Assembly: GCA_043228905.1 (NCBI GenBank)
Contig: JBHGNT010000017.1
Coordinates: 9,920,001 to 9,984,000 of the forward strand
Source: Azolla caroliniana
Taxonomy: Eukaryota; Plantae; Polypodiophyta
Length of the DNA: 64,000 nt
Direction of reading: 5' to 3'
Below the pieces are notes generated by a model. It was given only the letters and a program-made list of their open reading frames with translations. It had not been told where the DNA came from and searched no databases. This document shows, one piece after another, positions 22,320 through 33,500 of this stretch (position 1 is the stretch's first letter; every line of letters starts with the position of its first letter). The translations under genes were made by a program, and so were the position numbers.

Positions 22320-25300
22320 TCACTTCGGCATGGGATGTTTCTCCAATCCGATCCTCTTCCGGCATGCTTCCAGCTTGTCGGGTGTGAGCACCTTGGTCAG
22401 CATATCCGACCCGTTCTCGTCCGTGTGGATCTTCGTCAGCACGAACTCCTTGTCTTCTATCCTTTCCCGGATCCAGTGATATCTTCGCTGGATGTGCTTC
22501 GTCCGGGAGTGATAGGCCGCGTTCTTTGCAAGGTGGATTGCACTCTGACTGTCGCAGTAGAGTCGGTACTCCTCCTGCCGGATACCGAGCTCTCTAATGA
22601 AGTCCTTCATCCATATTATTTCCTTGCCGGCTTCAACAGCCGCCATGTACTCCGCCTCCGTGGTTGACAACGCAACCGTCTTCTGCAGCCTCGACTGCCA
22701 CGAAACAGCTCCCCCTGCATACGTCATCACATACCCTGATGTGGACCGGCTGGTATCTGCATCAGCCGACATATCAGAATCAGTAAAGCCTTCGAGTTCG
22801 GGCTTACCGGAGCCGAATCGGAGGCACACGTTTGCCGTGCCCTTCAGGTATCGGAGTATCCACTTGACCGCGTTCCAGTGCTCTTTGCCGGGATTGCTCA
22901 TGTACCGGCTCACCACTCCGACTGCATATCCTATGTCCGGTCTCGTACACACCATGGCGTACATCAAGCTCCCGACGGCTGAGGCATACGGCACTTCCAT
23001 CATATCCTCCTTTTCAGCCTTTGTCTTGGGACTTTGCTTGCTGGTCAGCTTGCAGTTTGTCGGGAGGGTCGATCCGACCGGTCTCGCTTCCGACATGTTG
23101 AACCGGTGAAGCACCTTCGTCACGTACTTCTCCTGTGACAGCCCCAACTGCTTCTTCTTCCGATCCCGGATGATGTGCATCCCTAGTATTTGCCTCGCCG
23201 GACCCAGGTCCTTCATTGAGAAGGTTCGGTGAAGAGCCTTCTTCAGCATCCGTATCTTGACCTGGTCCCGTCCGACGATCAACATGTCGTCCACGTACAG
23301 GAGGAGTATTAGAGAGTCTCCTCCTTCGAACTTCTTCACAAACACGCAGTGGTCGGACTGCGTTTTGAGGTACCCTTCGTCGGTCATGAAGGAGTCGAAC
23401 TTCCGGTACCATTGCCGGGGAGCCTGCTTCAGTCCGTAAAGGCTCTTCTTCAACCGGCATACCAGGTGCTCCTTCCCTTTCTTCTCGAATCCTTCCGGTT
23501 GCTGCATGTAGATCTCTTCATCGAGGTCACCGTGAAGGAATGCCGTCTTCACGTCCATCTGTTCTACCTCGAGGTCCATGCTTGCCGCTATGCTCAGCAC
23601 CGTCCGGATAGAGGTCATCTTCACTACCGGGGCAAATATCTCGTCGAAGTCGACGCCCTTCTTCTGCTGAAACCCCTTCACCACGATCCTGGCTTTGTAT
23701 CTCGGGGGGTTTCCGGCATCTCCCGGTTTCAGCTTGAACACCCACTTGTTTCGAAGTGCCCGCTTTCCTTTCGGCAACTCCACAAGTTCATATGTGTGGT
23801 TCTCATGCAGGGAATCCATCTCGTCCTGCATGGCACTCAACCACTTGCGGCTCTGGGTGTCATGCTTTGCTTCTTCAAAGCTCTCCGGCTCCCCCTCGTC
23901 GGTTAGTAGCACGTGCTCTGGTTCCGGAAATCTCCGGGGGGCCCTTCTCTCTCTTAGAGGATATCTCCGTTCCGGAGCTTCGGTAACCGGTTCTCCCGAT
24001 TCTTCTTCTTCATCCGAATCCATTTCGGGATCGGGAACGGTTCCGGTATCATTTTCATCTTCCTCGGCCGGTTCTCTTTCTTCACCGTCTTCGGCCGGAT
24101 CCTCGAGTGCTAACCGGTCCCTTGCCGGTCGGGACTGCTCCTCGTAGAGTTTATCCTCACCAGTCGACTTGGAGCTCTTCATCTTCTTCTCCGACTCCCA
24201 GTCGGTGAGTGTCTTGTCCTCCATAAAGACGATATCTCGACTCCTGAATATCTTCTTGTCGACCGGGTCCCATACTCGGTAGCCGAACTCGTCGTCGCCG
24301 TAACCGAGGAATATGCATGGCCGGGTCTTCGGATCTAGCTTTCCTCTCCGGTCCTTCGCCACGTGTACGTATGCGAGACACCCGAACACCTTCAGATGCC
24401 GGTAGGATACTTCCCTACCGGTCCACACTCTCTGCGGCGTGTCTCCGTCCAAAGGTACTGAGGGTGATCTGTTTATCACATATGTCGCCGTCGACATTGC
24501 CTCAGCCCAAAATCCCTTGGGTAATTTCGCATGTGCCAGCATACTCCGGACCCTCTCCATTATGGTCCGGTTCATCCTCTCGGCCAGCCCGTTCAGTTCC
24601 GGCGTCTTCGGCACAGTAAATTCGAGTCGGATTCCCTTCGAGCGACAGTACTCCTGGAACTGCCCCCGGTATTCCCCTCCGTTATCCGCTCGTATTGCTT
24701 TCAGCTTCTTGCCGGATTCTCTTTCCACTCTCGCGTGGAGTTCTTTGAAGACGCACAACACTTGGTCCTTTGTCTTCATCGGTGCCGTCCACAGTTTTCG
24801 GCTATGATCATCGATGAATGTTACGAAGTACTGGGCTCCGCCATGTGACTTCGTTTCTACTTGACACACGTCCGTGTGCACCAACTCCAATGGTGCACTG
24901 CGTCTCGTCGGTGGCCTTGAGTGGAAGGAAGTTCGGTTCTGCTTACCGGCCAGGCAATCGGTGCACTTCTCCAGGTGCACATGCTTCACTGGGATAAGGT
25001 TGTCTTCTGCAAGCCTCTTCATCCCCTTCTCACTCATGTGGCACAGTCTTTTGTGCCACAGCTCACCGGCAGTGTCGGCTGCCACGTTCAGCTCTTCCGG
25101 ACACAACCAGGCATTCATCAGGTACAGTGTGTTGACCTTCCGGGCCCGAGCCACTATCAAGCTCCCCTTGCTGAACTTCATGACACCGTTCCGGATGCTA
25201 CCCGTGTAGCCTTCATCATCTAGCCTCCCGGCCGAAATCAGGTTCAGTCGGACCTCCGGAACGTGTCGGACATTCTTCAGCAGCATTTTGCATCCGGTCG

Positions 25301-26396
25301 GGGTTGTCAACCACACGTCTCCTATGCCGGCAATCCGGCACGTACCTTCGTTTCCCATCCGAACGCAGCCATGCTCCCCGGCTGTGTAGGATGAGAAGTA
25401 TCTTCTCTCCGGGGTCAGGTGGAACGATGCTCCGGAATCGACCACCCAGGTCGTCTCATCGCCGGCAATGTTTAGCTCACCTTCTTCGGTGATGAGCATG
25501 ATTTCTTCTTCACTTGCCGCGAGTGCCGTCGTTCCTTTCCGGTCTTGCCCTCGCCGATCCGAACCTCTCCGGTCCGTGGCTCCCCGGTATGCACCGTTTC
25601 TCTCCGGTGACTTCTTCGAGTCGGTGTCGTCGGCTCCGTTGTCTTTTCGGTAATGCCGACAATTCTTTCGGAAGTGCCCCGGCTTCCCACAGTGGAAGCA
25701 TGTGGGCCTTCCTCTTGACTGCGACCGGGTCCCCGACTTCTCCCGTCTTTGCGGACTCCGGTTCCATTGTCTTCCCCGATCCGATTCGGTAAACAGCATC
25801 TTCGGGTCGGAGGCCGGTTCCTTATCTCTCCGACGCGCTTCTTCATTCAGAATACTTGTCTTTACAGTTTGTAAGGACAAGTTATCTTCGGTGCACGAGG
25901 TGCTGAGAGTCACCACCAAGTTCTCCCAGCTTTCCGGCAATGTACACATCAGGATGATGGCTTGCATTGCATCCTCCAACGGGAACTTGATCGCCGCAAG
26001 CTGGTTCACGAATCCCATGAACGTGCTTACGTGTTCCACCATACTCTCGCCGTCCCGATACTTGAGATTCACAATCTTCCTCATCAGGGAGGTCCGGTTC
26101 AACGCATTCTTCCTCTCATAGAGGCCAGACAGCTTCTTCCACATCTCGTATGCGTTGGTGTCGTTCGCCACATGTTGCAGGACGCTTACGTCGACATATT
26201 GTCGGATCGTCGCTACGGCTTTCCGGTTCAGGAGCTTCCACTCCGACTCAAGTACCCCCTTCGGTATTTCCGACCTGTCAATCGGTTCGTACAGGTCCCG
26301 AACAATCAGAAGATCCTCCATCTTGATCTTCCAGTCGGCGTAATTCTGTGCATTCAGCACCATCATCATCGGCTGCCCGCTGCCGCCGCCTTCCAT
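22320..26396 (-). CDS. Intact copia Gag-Pol polyprotein (1358 aa): Gag, CCHC, protease, integrase, RT, RNase H
   Basis: CFHCGKPGHFRKNC, WVVDSGASFH, LWHKRLCH, HTDVC/FIDD/ADNGGEY/NGLAER, QMDVKTAFLHG, YVDD, GFTDSD, NGSDMLTK; first ATG after the PBS is 26396. Confidence 0.96.
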   Translation of the reverse strand: MEGGGSGQPMMMVLNAQNYADWKIKMEDLLIVRDLYEPIDRSEIPKGVLESEWKLLNRKAVATIRQYVDVSVLQHVANDTNAYEMWKKLSGLYERKNALNRTSLMRKIVNLKYRDGESMVEHVSTFMGFVNQLAAIKFPLEDAMQAIILMCTLPESWENLVVTLSTSCTEDNLSLQTVKTSILNEEARRRDKEPASDPKMLFTESDRGRQWNRSPQRREKSGTRSQSRGRPTCFHCGKPGHFRKNCRHYRKDNGADDTDSKKSPERNGAYRGATDRRGSDRRGQDRKGTTALAASEEEIMLITEEGELNIAGDETTWVVDSGASFHLTPERRYFSSYTAGEHGCVRMGNEGTCRIAGIGDVWLTTPTGCKMLLKNVRHVPEVRLNLISAGRLDDEGYTGSIRNGVMKFSKGSLIVARARKVNTLYLMNAWLCPEELNVAADTAGELWHKRLCHMSEKGMKRLAEDNLIPVKHVHLEKCTDCLAGKQNRTSFHSRPPTRRSAPLELVHTDVCQVETKSHGGAQYFVTFIDDHSRKLWTAPMKTKDQVLCVFKELHARVERESGKKLKAIRADNGGEYRGQFQEYCRSKGIRLEFTVPKTPELNGLAERMNRTIMERVRSMLAHAKLPKGFWAEAMSTATYVINRSPSVPLDGDTPQRVWTGREVSYRHLKVFGCLAYVHVAKDRRGKLDPKTRPCIFLGYGDDEFGYRVWDPVDKKIFRSRDIVFMEDKTLTDWESEKKMKSSKSTGEDKLYEEQSRPARDRLALEDPAEDGEEREPAEEDENDTGTVPDPEMDSDEEEESGEPVTEAPERRYPLRERRAPRRFPEPEHVLLTDEGEPESFEEAKHDTQSRKWLSAMQDEMDSLHENHTYELVELPKGKRALRNKWVFKLKPGDAGNPPRYKARIVVKGFQQKKGVDFDEIFAPVVKMTSIRTVLSIAASMDLEVEQMDVKTAFLHGDLDEEIYMQQPEGFEKKGKEHLVCRLKKSLYGLKQAPRQWYRKFDSFMTDEGYLKTQSDHCVFVKKFEGGDSLILLLYVDDMLIVGRDQVKIRMLKKALHRTFSMKDLGPARQILGMHIIRDRKKKQLGLSQEKYVTKVLHRFNMSEARPVGSTLPTNCKLTSKQSPKTKAEKEDMMEVPYASAVGSLMYAMVCTRPDIGYAVGVVSRYMSNPGKEHWNAVKWILRYLKGTANVCLRFGSGKPELEGFTDSDMSADADTSRSTSGYVMTYAGGAVSWQSRLQKTVALSTTEAEYMAAVEAGKEIIWMKDFIRELGIRQEEYRLYCDSQSAIHLAKNAAYHSRTKHIQRRYHWIRERIEDKEFVLTKIHTDENGSDMLTKVLTPDKLEACRKRIGLEKHPMPK

Positions 26397-26425
26397 TTTC
26401 TGCAACAGTCGCTCTGATACCAATT

Positions 26426-27022
26426 TGTAAGGAATAGACCCTTCTATCCTCCTTTTTATCTCGGCCACAACCGATTAATCGCGGATCAATGGAGCAGAAA
26501 ATAGGAAACACACGTAGAAACAAGACGAAGAAACGCGAGTACACAAGGATTAACGTGGAAAACCCTAAACGGGGAAAAAACCACGGGAGTACAAGACTCC
26601 AAACAACACTATACAGAGAAGTATACAATGACGAGCTCCAAGGCGACGACCTTGAGCTCGCTGTCCTCGCCACAGGCGGCGGAAATACACAGAGGCGTCT
26701 ACCTCTTTCTCTCTCGCGCTCTCTCTCTCTCTCTCTCTCACGGCTGCTCTCTCTTCACTCCTCTAAAGTGGAAAAACAGAAAAATGAGAAGCAACAACAA
26801 AACAGTTTGCCCTAAGTCATATTTATACTCATATGACTTTGGGCTATTTACAACTGTAGCCTCAGGGGCCCATAGCGAACATATTCACGGATATGTCCCT
26901 GCATCCGGATCGCTCTCCGGGTACATTCGTCATCCGGTACCGAAACCGGGGTCTTCGTCATCCGGATCCGAAACCGACAACCAGATCCGACCATCCCATC
27001 CGAAGGGACCGTAATCCCAACA
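26426..27022 (-). repeat. Copia B 5' LTR (597 bp)
   Basis: TGTTGGG...TTACA; direct repeat of 21715-22309. Confidence 0.95.
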
Positions 27023-27659
27023 CGATTGTAGTATTTCTGACTTAAGCTTTTCCATGGCATCAAATCCTTCGCATTTAAGGTTGAGAAATCGACGTACCTG
27101 TTTGTTAGTGACATTGGCTACATCGATTTGATGCACTATTTCGGTAGCGTGTGGATGTGGTTCGACATCCGCAACTTGCAAATACCCTTCTAATCCATTG
27201 TTGCTTAGCCACTGTCGCAACCTATTTGATACAGGAATCGGCATGTTGTCTTCCTAAGAGATGTCCGAACTGTTGAGTGATGGCGAGTTGTAGTGCGGCT
27301 TTGAATATTGTGTGTAGAGAGCACATGAGTGAAATGTGTGTATATTGTGCGCTCGACAATTTTTCTGTCTATGTGAGACAAAAAGTGGGAAGGTGGGGTT
27401 TTGAGAAAATAGGAGTTTAATTTTTCGAGGAAAAGAGAATATATTATTTATGACAGTGATAGTATGAATATAGTAATAATAGCTCCACCACTCGTAATGA
27501 ATGTTGCATGATTTTGTGGCTTGTCCATATATAGTCTGAAAAAGACCATGCCAAGAAGTCATCATGCTTTTTCTGTTATCTATTTGCCAAGACTAAATTT
27601 CTGTTATCTTGTTTTTTTTTATACTAATAATATATTTACATCATTGGTTGATTGTTAGT

Positions 27660-29413
27660 GTCGACTCTAACTCCAACTTGAAATGGATTTGTTGGCATTG
27701 ATCCCTTATATGGTTTTAGTCAAAAACCATTTACCCATTTCGGCATGATTTCTCCTGAGAGTGTGCCGACCTAATATGTACCATTATTGATGTTGACTAT
27801 CCAAAATGGCCCCGTCCATCAAAATTGATGTTTGCTAGGCATTGAACCCATCTTAGTCTGGAAGACCAGTACATGCTTACCGACCGCGAACATCTTTTCT
27901 TTTTGTTTTCGGTGTCGGTCAACAAATGCCCTTGTCTGCCTCTGTTTTTGCTCTAGTGCACACATCGCCTACAACCGATTTTCTTGTAATCAAAGCAATT
28001 GTTCTTTTCGAACTCCTTCTGATGGCTCTTCATCCAATCTTTCAGTGACTTGTACACGTAGAGTCGGAACTTGGGATTCTACTAGCATTGTCGTGTCTAC
28101 CCTGAATGTCATTCTAAATGGAGTCGATTTGATGAATGTTTTGTATGAAAGCACTATTTAATTTCTGATCACAACCAGTTCTATTTTCATTAACTATTTT
28201 CCTTAAAATCATTTGAAGGGTTTTGTTTGTAGACTCTACTAATCCATTGGCCTACGGATAGTACGGAGTACTCTTTTTGTGCACTACTGCATAATATGTA
28301 GATAATTCATGTACAATGTTATTAATGAAATGAGTACCTTGATCACTGAGTAATTTGATTCGGCACCCGAAACAACACCATATGTTTTTGTAGAGAAATT
28401 TGGTTGTCGATGCCGCCGTGTTATCCCGTAAAGGCTTAGCTTCAACCCATTTCGTGTAGTAGTCTGTAGCTACTATGATATATCGATGGTTGGTCTTGAT
28501 AGTTGCTGGTTTAAATGGTTCGACAAAGTCCAGACCCCATTTTTGGAAGGGTTCTAATGGCAATACTGGTTGAAAAGGCATCCAGTCTTTTCCAGTCGGT
28601 TGACCGATTCGTTGACACAAGTCACATTGTCTGCAATACTCGACTGCATCTTTAGTAGTTGTCAACCACCACATGCCACTGGTCCATATTTTCCTCGTCG
28701 TTGTTTCTCCCACGTAATGCCCTCCGGCTATACCACAATGGGTTTTCAGTAAAATTGTTTCTTTCTCAAATTGCCGAACCGCATGCCGCCATATGCCATC
28801 AGCCCCTATATGGTATAGTGTGTCATTTAGTAGACAAAAATTCTGATTTCTTATTGTTAATCGCTTCCTTTCATCTAGAGACATATTGTTAGGTGGTAGT
28901 CTTGTACTAAGAAAAATTTTCATTTCTGTAATCCATGCATCGGTTGTGTCCTCACCCATATCTGTGGTTGCTACTATACCAACCTGAAAAAGTTCAGCGT
29001 TAGGAAAATCGTCTTTAACTCTTGTTCCCTCTTCTCCTGAATCCAGTCGACTAAGGTAATCAGCAATTGCATGATGCACCCCTAGTCTATGAAGAATGTC
29101 GAGTTTGAATTCCTGCAGTAGCAATGTCCATCTTGCTAGTTTACCTATGAGTTCCTGCTTCTATACTAAATATAGCAAGGCCGAGTGATCGACGTGAAAT
29201 GTAAATTTTCGTCCTAGTAGGTAGTGTCGGAATTTATTGATGCTATAAATCATCCCCAAAGCTTCCCGCTCGGTTGTCGAGTGGTTTCTTTCCGCTGTGG
29301 AAAGTTTCTGACTCGCGTAGTATACTGGCCTATACCAGTTCGGCTCCGACAGCTGCATTAAAGCACTGCCAATTGCTACATCTGACGCATCGACAAAGAT
29401 GTGAAAAGGTTTC
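27660..29413 (-). pseudogene. G2 RNase H-integrase pseudogene
   Basis: ORFs 29161-29358 and 28252-29124 are close homologues of G1 pol, with several stops. Confidence 0.9.
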
Positions 29414-29872
29414 TGTTAATTGGCTAATTACTAACTAATACCGATACAGAAGAGTGAACGTCGCTACTCAACGTTCTAACAAGGAATTGTGTTTTACGAA
29501 CGGAATTATACTATATTAATCGGTAATTACCGTGATCGTTACTTAGTTATAAATTAGGAAGCTTGCACTTAACAACATAGACAATAGAAAGAACACAGAA
29601 TCCGTACAGGATATTCCTAACTTAAACTTATATTACTAAATAAAACGACCTTTCTTACAATGCCTTCGGTTCCCTTTTATAGGTATACCGAAGGTCTTTT
29701 CTCATCAAGAACTATTCCTACTTACTATCAAGAATTACAAAATTATCTAACTAACTTAGTTCTCTTCGTTTACTACTGAGTCATTGATCCGAACAGTCGA
29801 TCCGAACCGACTCCGTTTTCGACGCTTTCCCACTTGTTCGGTAAAACTGACTGTCCGGGTCCGGGTAACACT

Positions 29873-29912
29873 TGGCACATCCATGGGCCAGGACCTTGTC
29901 CAGCGAACCCAC
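29873..29912 (-). ncRNA. tRNA-3'-half mimic in the PPT position (G3 copy)
   Basis: Minus strand: GTGGG TTCGC T GGAC-AAG-GTCC T GG CCCAT GGATGTG CCA AG, then TGTTA; begins just after the eORF stop. Confidence 0.68.
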
Positions 29913-29914
29913 GC

Positions 29915-32089
29915 CTATTCCTGTAGCTCTTCATCCGAATCGTTCAGAATATCAAAAATCGAAGGCTCTTCTGGCCTTGGATGTATTCCATCTATACCTT
30001 CCTCTTCATCTTCATCTTCATCTGTGTCACAGTCGTCATTCGGAGCAGGTTTTGAATGTTGTGATTCGGTTGGCTGCTCTGGTTCACTTCTTCCGGGAGC
30101 TTGAAGACCAGGATTCTTGCTGGTTCTTTCGGCTTCGATTTTATCCAACTGGACGGAAGTGCCTATATCATTTTTGTCGAATTCTTGCATAATACGTTGA
30201 ATTTCTTCTCTGTAAAATGCCGCAATTTCGTCCATATCTTTCATGATATCCTCTTGGATATTGTCAATATCCTTTTGTGCCATTTTAAAAATACCTGCAC
30301 CTTGGACCTGACGGTTATTTTTGTCGGCACGCAATAACTGTAATTCCGCCGCTTGTGCCGTCCATAACTTCCATCCTTGCGCAAGGGATTCATCGATCAT
30401 TTTCTTTGCTAGGTTTCGATGTTTCCCTATGATGTGCTGCACTTTGTCCCTAGTGATGCTTGCGACGTATTGGGCGGTTTGCAACTCTTTCCGTAAATCC
30501 GTAATAGTGGCTCGGTTTTCACTTTCAGCTCGCATTAGTTTGGATTCGACTACATATATGTCCAGCCGTCTTTGTTCCGATATCTTCCGAATTTCGTCCA
30601 GTTGTTGTTCGAATGCCGATTTCTCTTTTCTCCATTCCTCCTGCTGTTCCGTAATTCTTCTGTTGACTTCTTCAAGACTCCGCTCTTTTTCTGTCAATTG
30701 ACTTTCCTGTGACACTATATACCTTTCGAATTCTTCAATTTGTTCGGTATATGTATGATTGGCCGTCTTAGCTTCTTCTAGATTTTTCTGTAATTCGTTT
30801 ATTAATTGATTTTTTTCTTCGAGAACTTTGTATTGACCATTCTGAATGGTTTCTATTTGTTTTTCTAATTCTGAAGTTCGAAATACAGCATTGTTGGCCC
30901 TTGTTGTTTCTGCTTGACGTGCTTTCTTAGCGTCCTCCAATTTCTGCTGCCATTTTGACTCCGACACCATAAGCCGTGCCTGTGTTTCCCATTTGTTTAG
31001 ACTTTCTTTTAGTTCTTTATTTTCTGCCTGTATGTTACAAAACTGATGTTTCAGCACCTCCGCCGATGCTGATACACTTTTGTATCTTTCAGCCATATCA
31101 CTGGCTGCTTTGCGTGCCGTTTCATATTCTTTATGAATTTCGACCAGTGCTTCATGTAATGGTGGCATTTCAATAGCCACCCCTCTATTCTGTGCACTTC
31201 TTTTCCGGCCGATTTTCTCTATCTCTGCTTTTTCTTGAGGTTCCAACACTCCTCGTAATGCTTTCTGTATCATTATTCGGTCATTATGTTCTTGAGCCAG
31301 CCGTTCTGATACTTCTGTCAGTCTTTTAGCCAACCATTCAACTAGTTCGTATGAAGTTCCGAACTGTAAAATGGCAGCTAATTCATGTGCTGCTGGTGGA
31401 ATATCCAAGTACCCATGTGCTTCCCGAATTGCTACTTTTGAAGATTGTCCTTGTTGAGGTTGTGTCGAAACGCTCTCATTCCCTGGTTTTATTACTTCTG
31501 CTACTACAGGCGTATTCGAATTTTCCTTTGTGCGTTGCCTTTTCGGTGCTGACCCCTCACTGTTTTCTGGTTGGAATTGCCGATTAGCCTTTTGTTTAAT
31601 CCTTGTCCTTTGTCGCATCTTCTCTGTTTGTTGTCGATTTTCTGTCGGCTGTTGCTTGTTTATCAAATTGTCAATTGTTTCTTGTTCGGCTGCTGGTTGC
31701 CTGTTTTCGGAATTCTCTGGTCTTGGTGGTTCTGACTGAGGCATATTCGTTTGTATATTATCGGCATGTGCCGATTCTTCCTCTATCCATTCTTCATGTA
31801 CTACCTGTCGGTGTCTTCGCAGTGCTTGTACTATCGGTGGTCTTCTTGACTGAACAGGAGTTTCCGATTCTTGAATCGGAAACAATACCGATAGCCAACG
31901 ACCAAAAATTTGCTTCATCGGTTTTCCTGTTTTTACCCCTTGTAGCTGCTCTCTCAGAGCTTCTCCAGACAATAGTGGCCAGTTGAAATCCTCTTTTTCG
32001 TATGCGGCTATGATAAACCCAGCCCTTTTTTTCGGCATACAATAAAAACGAGGACTGACAAATCCCACCTCTAATAAAAATCTAGCCAC
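29915..32089 (-). CDS. G3 eORF (N-terminally truncated, otherwise open; coiled coil)
   Basis: MPKKRAGFIIAAYE and WTAQAAELQLLRAD match G1 MPKNRAGMIIATYE and WATNAAELQLLRAD. Confidence 0.82.
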   Translation of the reverse strand: MARFLLEVGFVSPRFYCMPKKRAGFIIAAYEKEDFNWPLLSGEALREQLQGVKTGKPMKQIFGRWLSVLFPIQESETPVQSRRPPIVQALRRHRQVVHEEWIEEESAHADNIQTNMPQSEPPRPENSENRQPAAEQETIDNLINKQQPTENRQQTEKMRQRTRIKQKANRQFQPENSEGSAPKRQRTKENSNTPVVAEVIKPGNESVSTQPQQGQSSKVAIREAHGYLDIPPAAHELAAILQFGTSYELVEWLAKRLTEVSERLAQEHNDRIMIQKALRGVLEPQEKAEIEKIGRKRSAQNRGVAIEMPPLHEALVEIHKEYETARKAASDMAERYKSVSASAEVLKHQFCNIQAENKELKESLNKWETQARLMVSESKWQQKLEDAKKARQAETTRANNAVFRTSELEKQIETIQNGQYKVLEEKNQLINELQKNLEEAKTANHTYTEQIEEFERYIVSQESQLTEKERSLEEVNRRITEQQEEWRKEKSAFEQQLDEIRKISEQRRLDIYVVESKLMRAESENRATITDLRKELQTAQYVASITRDKVQHIIGKHRNLAKKMIDESLAQGWKLWTAQAAELQLLRADKNNRQVQGAGIFKMAQKDIDNIQEDIMKDMDEIAAFYREEIQRIMQEFDKNDIGTSVQLDKIEAERTSKNPGLQAPGRSEPEQPTESQHSKPAPNDDCDTDEDEDEEEGIDGIHPRPEEPSIFDILNDSDEELQE

Positions 32090-32102
32090 TTCATGGAAAA
32101 AC

Positions 32103-33500
32103 TCATCCCGAACTCCTGAGTATCCCGAACTCCTGAGTTGGCGGAAAATTATTCTGTTGAAACATTTGATTATTTTGTGGAACGGTTTGAGTATTATGTT
32201 GAAAGGTCATATTACCCGGTTGAAATGCCGGATTTGGTTGAAATGTAGAATTCGGTTGCACATTCGGACAGTTCTGTTGAAACCCTTGAAATGGTGGGTT
32301 ACCTTGTTGGAAACTTTGATTATTTTGTTGAAAATATTGATTCGGATTCTGTACGAATGGTGGGTTGGATTGAGCAAAACCTGGTTGAAATGCTTGAGTC
32401 ACTTGAGTGGGTTGCATATTTTGTTGTGAAAAGATCTGATTTGGCTGTAGAACCGGATTTTGTTGTACATTTTGCTGATTTTGTGAAAAATTATTATTTT
32501 GATAACCATTGAGCAGATTAGTGTTATTTTGGTAACCATTGTCAGTAAAAATTTGTCGTACTGACGCCGTAGTCTTATTAAGCAAATTATGTTCACATTG
32601 TTCTACTGAATGTAATTTTGAATGACATATTGTACAATGTGTTCTTAACGTACATTCAATTGCCGAATGCCCCGTATTTAAACAAGTGGTGCATTGAACT
32701 GCTTGTCGAAATTGTAACTCCTCTATTGTCGGTAATGTACGGTGTAATGTCGACATGTCCATACTCTGAACATTGACCGGTGGTCGACCCATTTCTATTG
32801 CTTTATCAATTACTTGTTCGATAGTCTGATTTCGAAAATCGAACACTTTCAATGTCGTTCTTAATGGTTCTTTTACAGCTTCCAGAAAGACTTCTTTTAA
32901 TTCATTATCCGGAATCGGCCTTGAAATCTGAAGCTGTAAGTTCTAAAATCGTATCACAAACTGAGATACTGTTTCATTTTTTTCTTGATATAACGCATAA
33001 AATTGCGCAATCAAATCCTTCTGCGGAATTTGTTGATGAAATAATTGTAAAAATTTACTAGTTAACACTTCAAAGGATGGAAATCCTTGAAGACCGTTCT
33101 GCGCAAACCAATTGGCAGAATATCCGTCTAATGATAAGACGAACTCAACAATTTTTGACTTATCTTCGGCATCTGCCGACAATCGCTGAGCTCCATGGTT
33201 AATCTCCCATGTCGTTAAGAAATCCCTAACATGTGCTTCCGCATCTGTTCCTTCCCGGAACTTAGAATAAGTATAAGGCATACCGTCCCAAATGTCGTAA
33301 AACGATACCTCTTCCGTCTGTTTTTCGTCTGAAGGTAATTGATCGGATAAGTCAGGAAGTTTCGACCACTTTGTGCTTGATTCCGGCTGTTCTTACGCAA
33401 TGAACGCTTCCTGCACTGCCTTCGTAACTGACCTTGTACGAGGGCGCTTACAACTGACCGGTGTCTCCTCTTTATACGACATCCATTCGATTTGTTCTCT
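32103..33500 (-). pseudogene. G3 gag: capsid-like region, two CCHC knuckles, Q/N-rich tail; in-frame TAG at 32943
   Basis: ORFs 32943-33281 and 32103-32852 share a frame and are homologous to G1 1-500. Confidence 0.85.

Larger units (their letters stand above)
21715..27022 (-). mobile_element. Copia B: full-length, very young Tork/Tnt1-like element
   Basis: LTRs 26426-27022 and 21715-22309 differ at one site that I could see; iMet PBS TGGTATCAGAGC at 26411-26422; PPT at 22312-22321; single uninterrupted polyprotein. Confidence 0.97.

Noticed and set aside
26397-26468. Copia B ORF extension through the PBS and LTR
   Set aside because: Non-ATG start inside U5; the first ATG after the PBS is 26396.
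29915-32089. Host SMC/myosin-like coiled-coil gene
   Set aside because: Lies between LTRs at a fixed position in four elements, so it is element-encoded.
32089-32140. Gag-eORF fusion protein in G3
   Set aside because: The gag frame stops at 32103 and is out of frame with the eORF with or without the 17-bp duplication.
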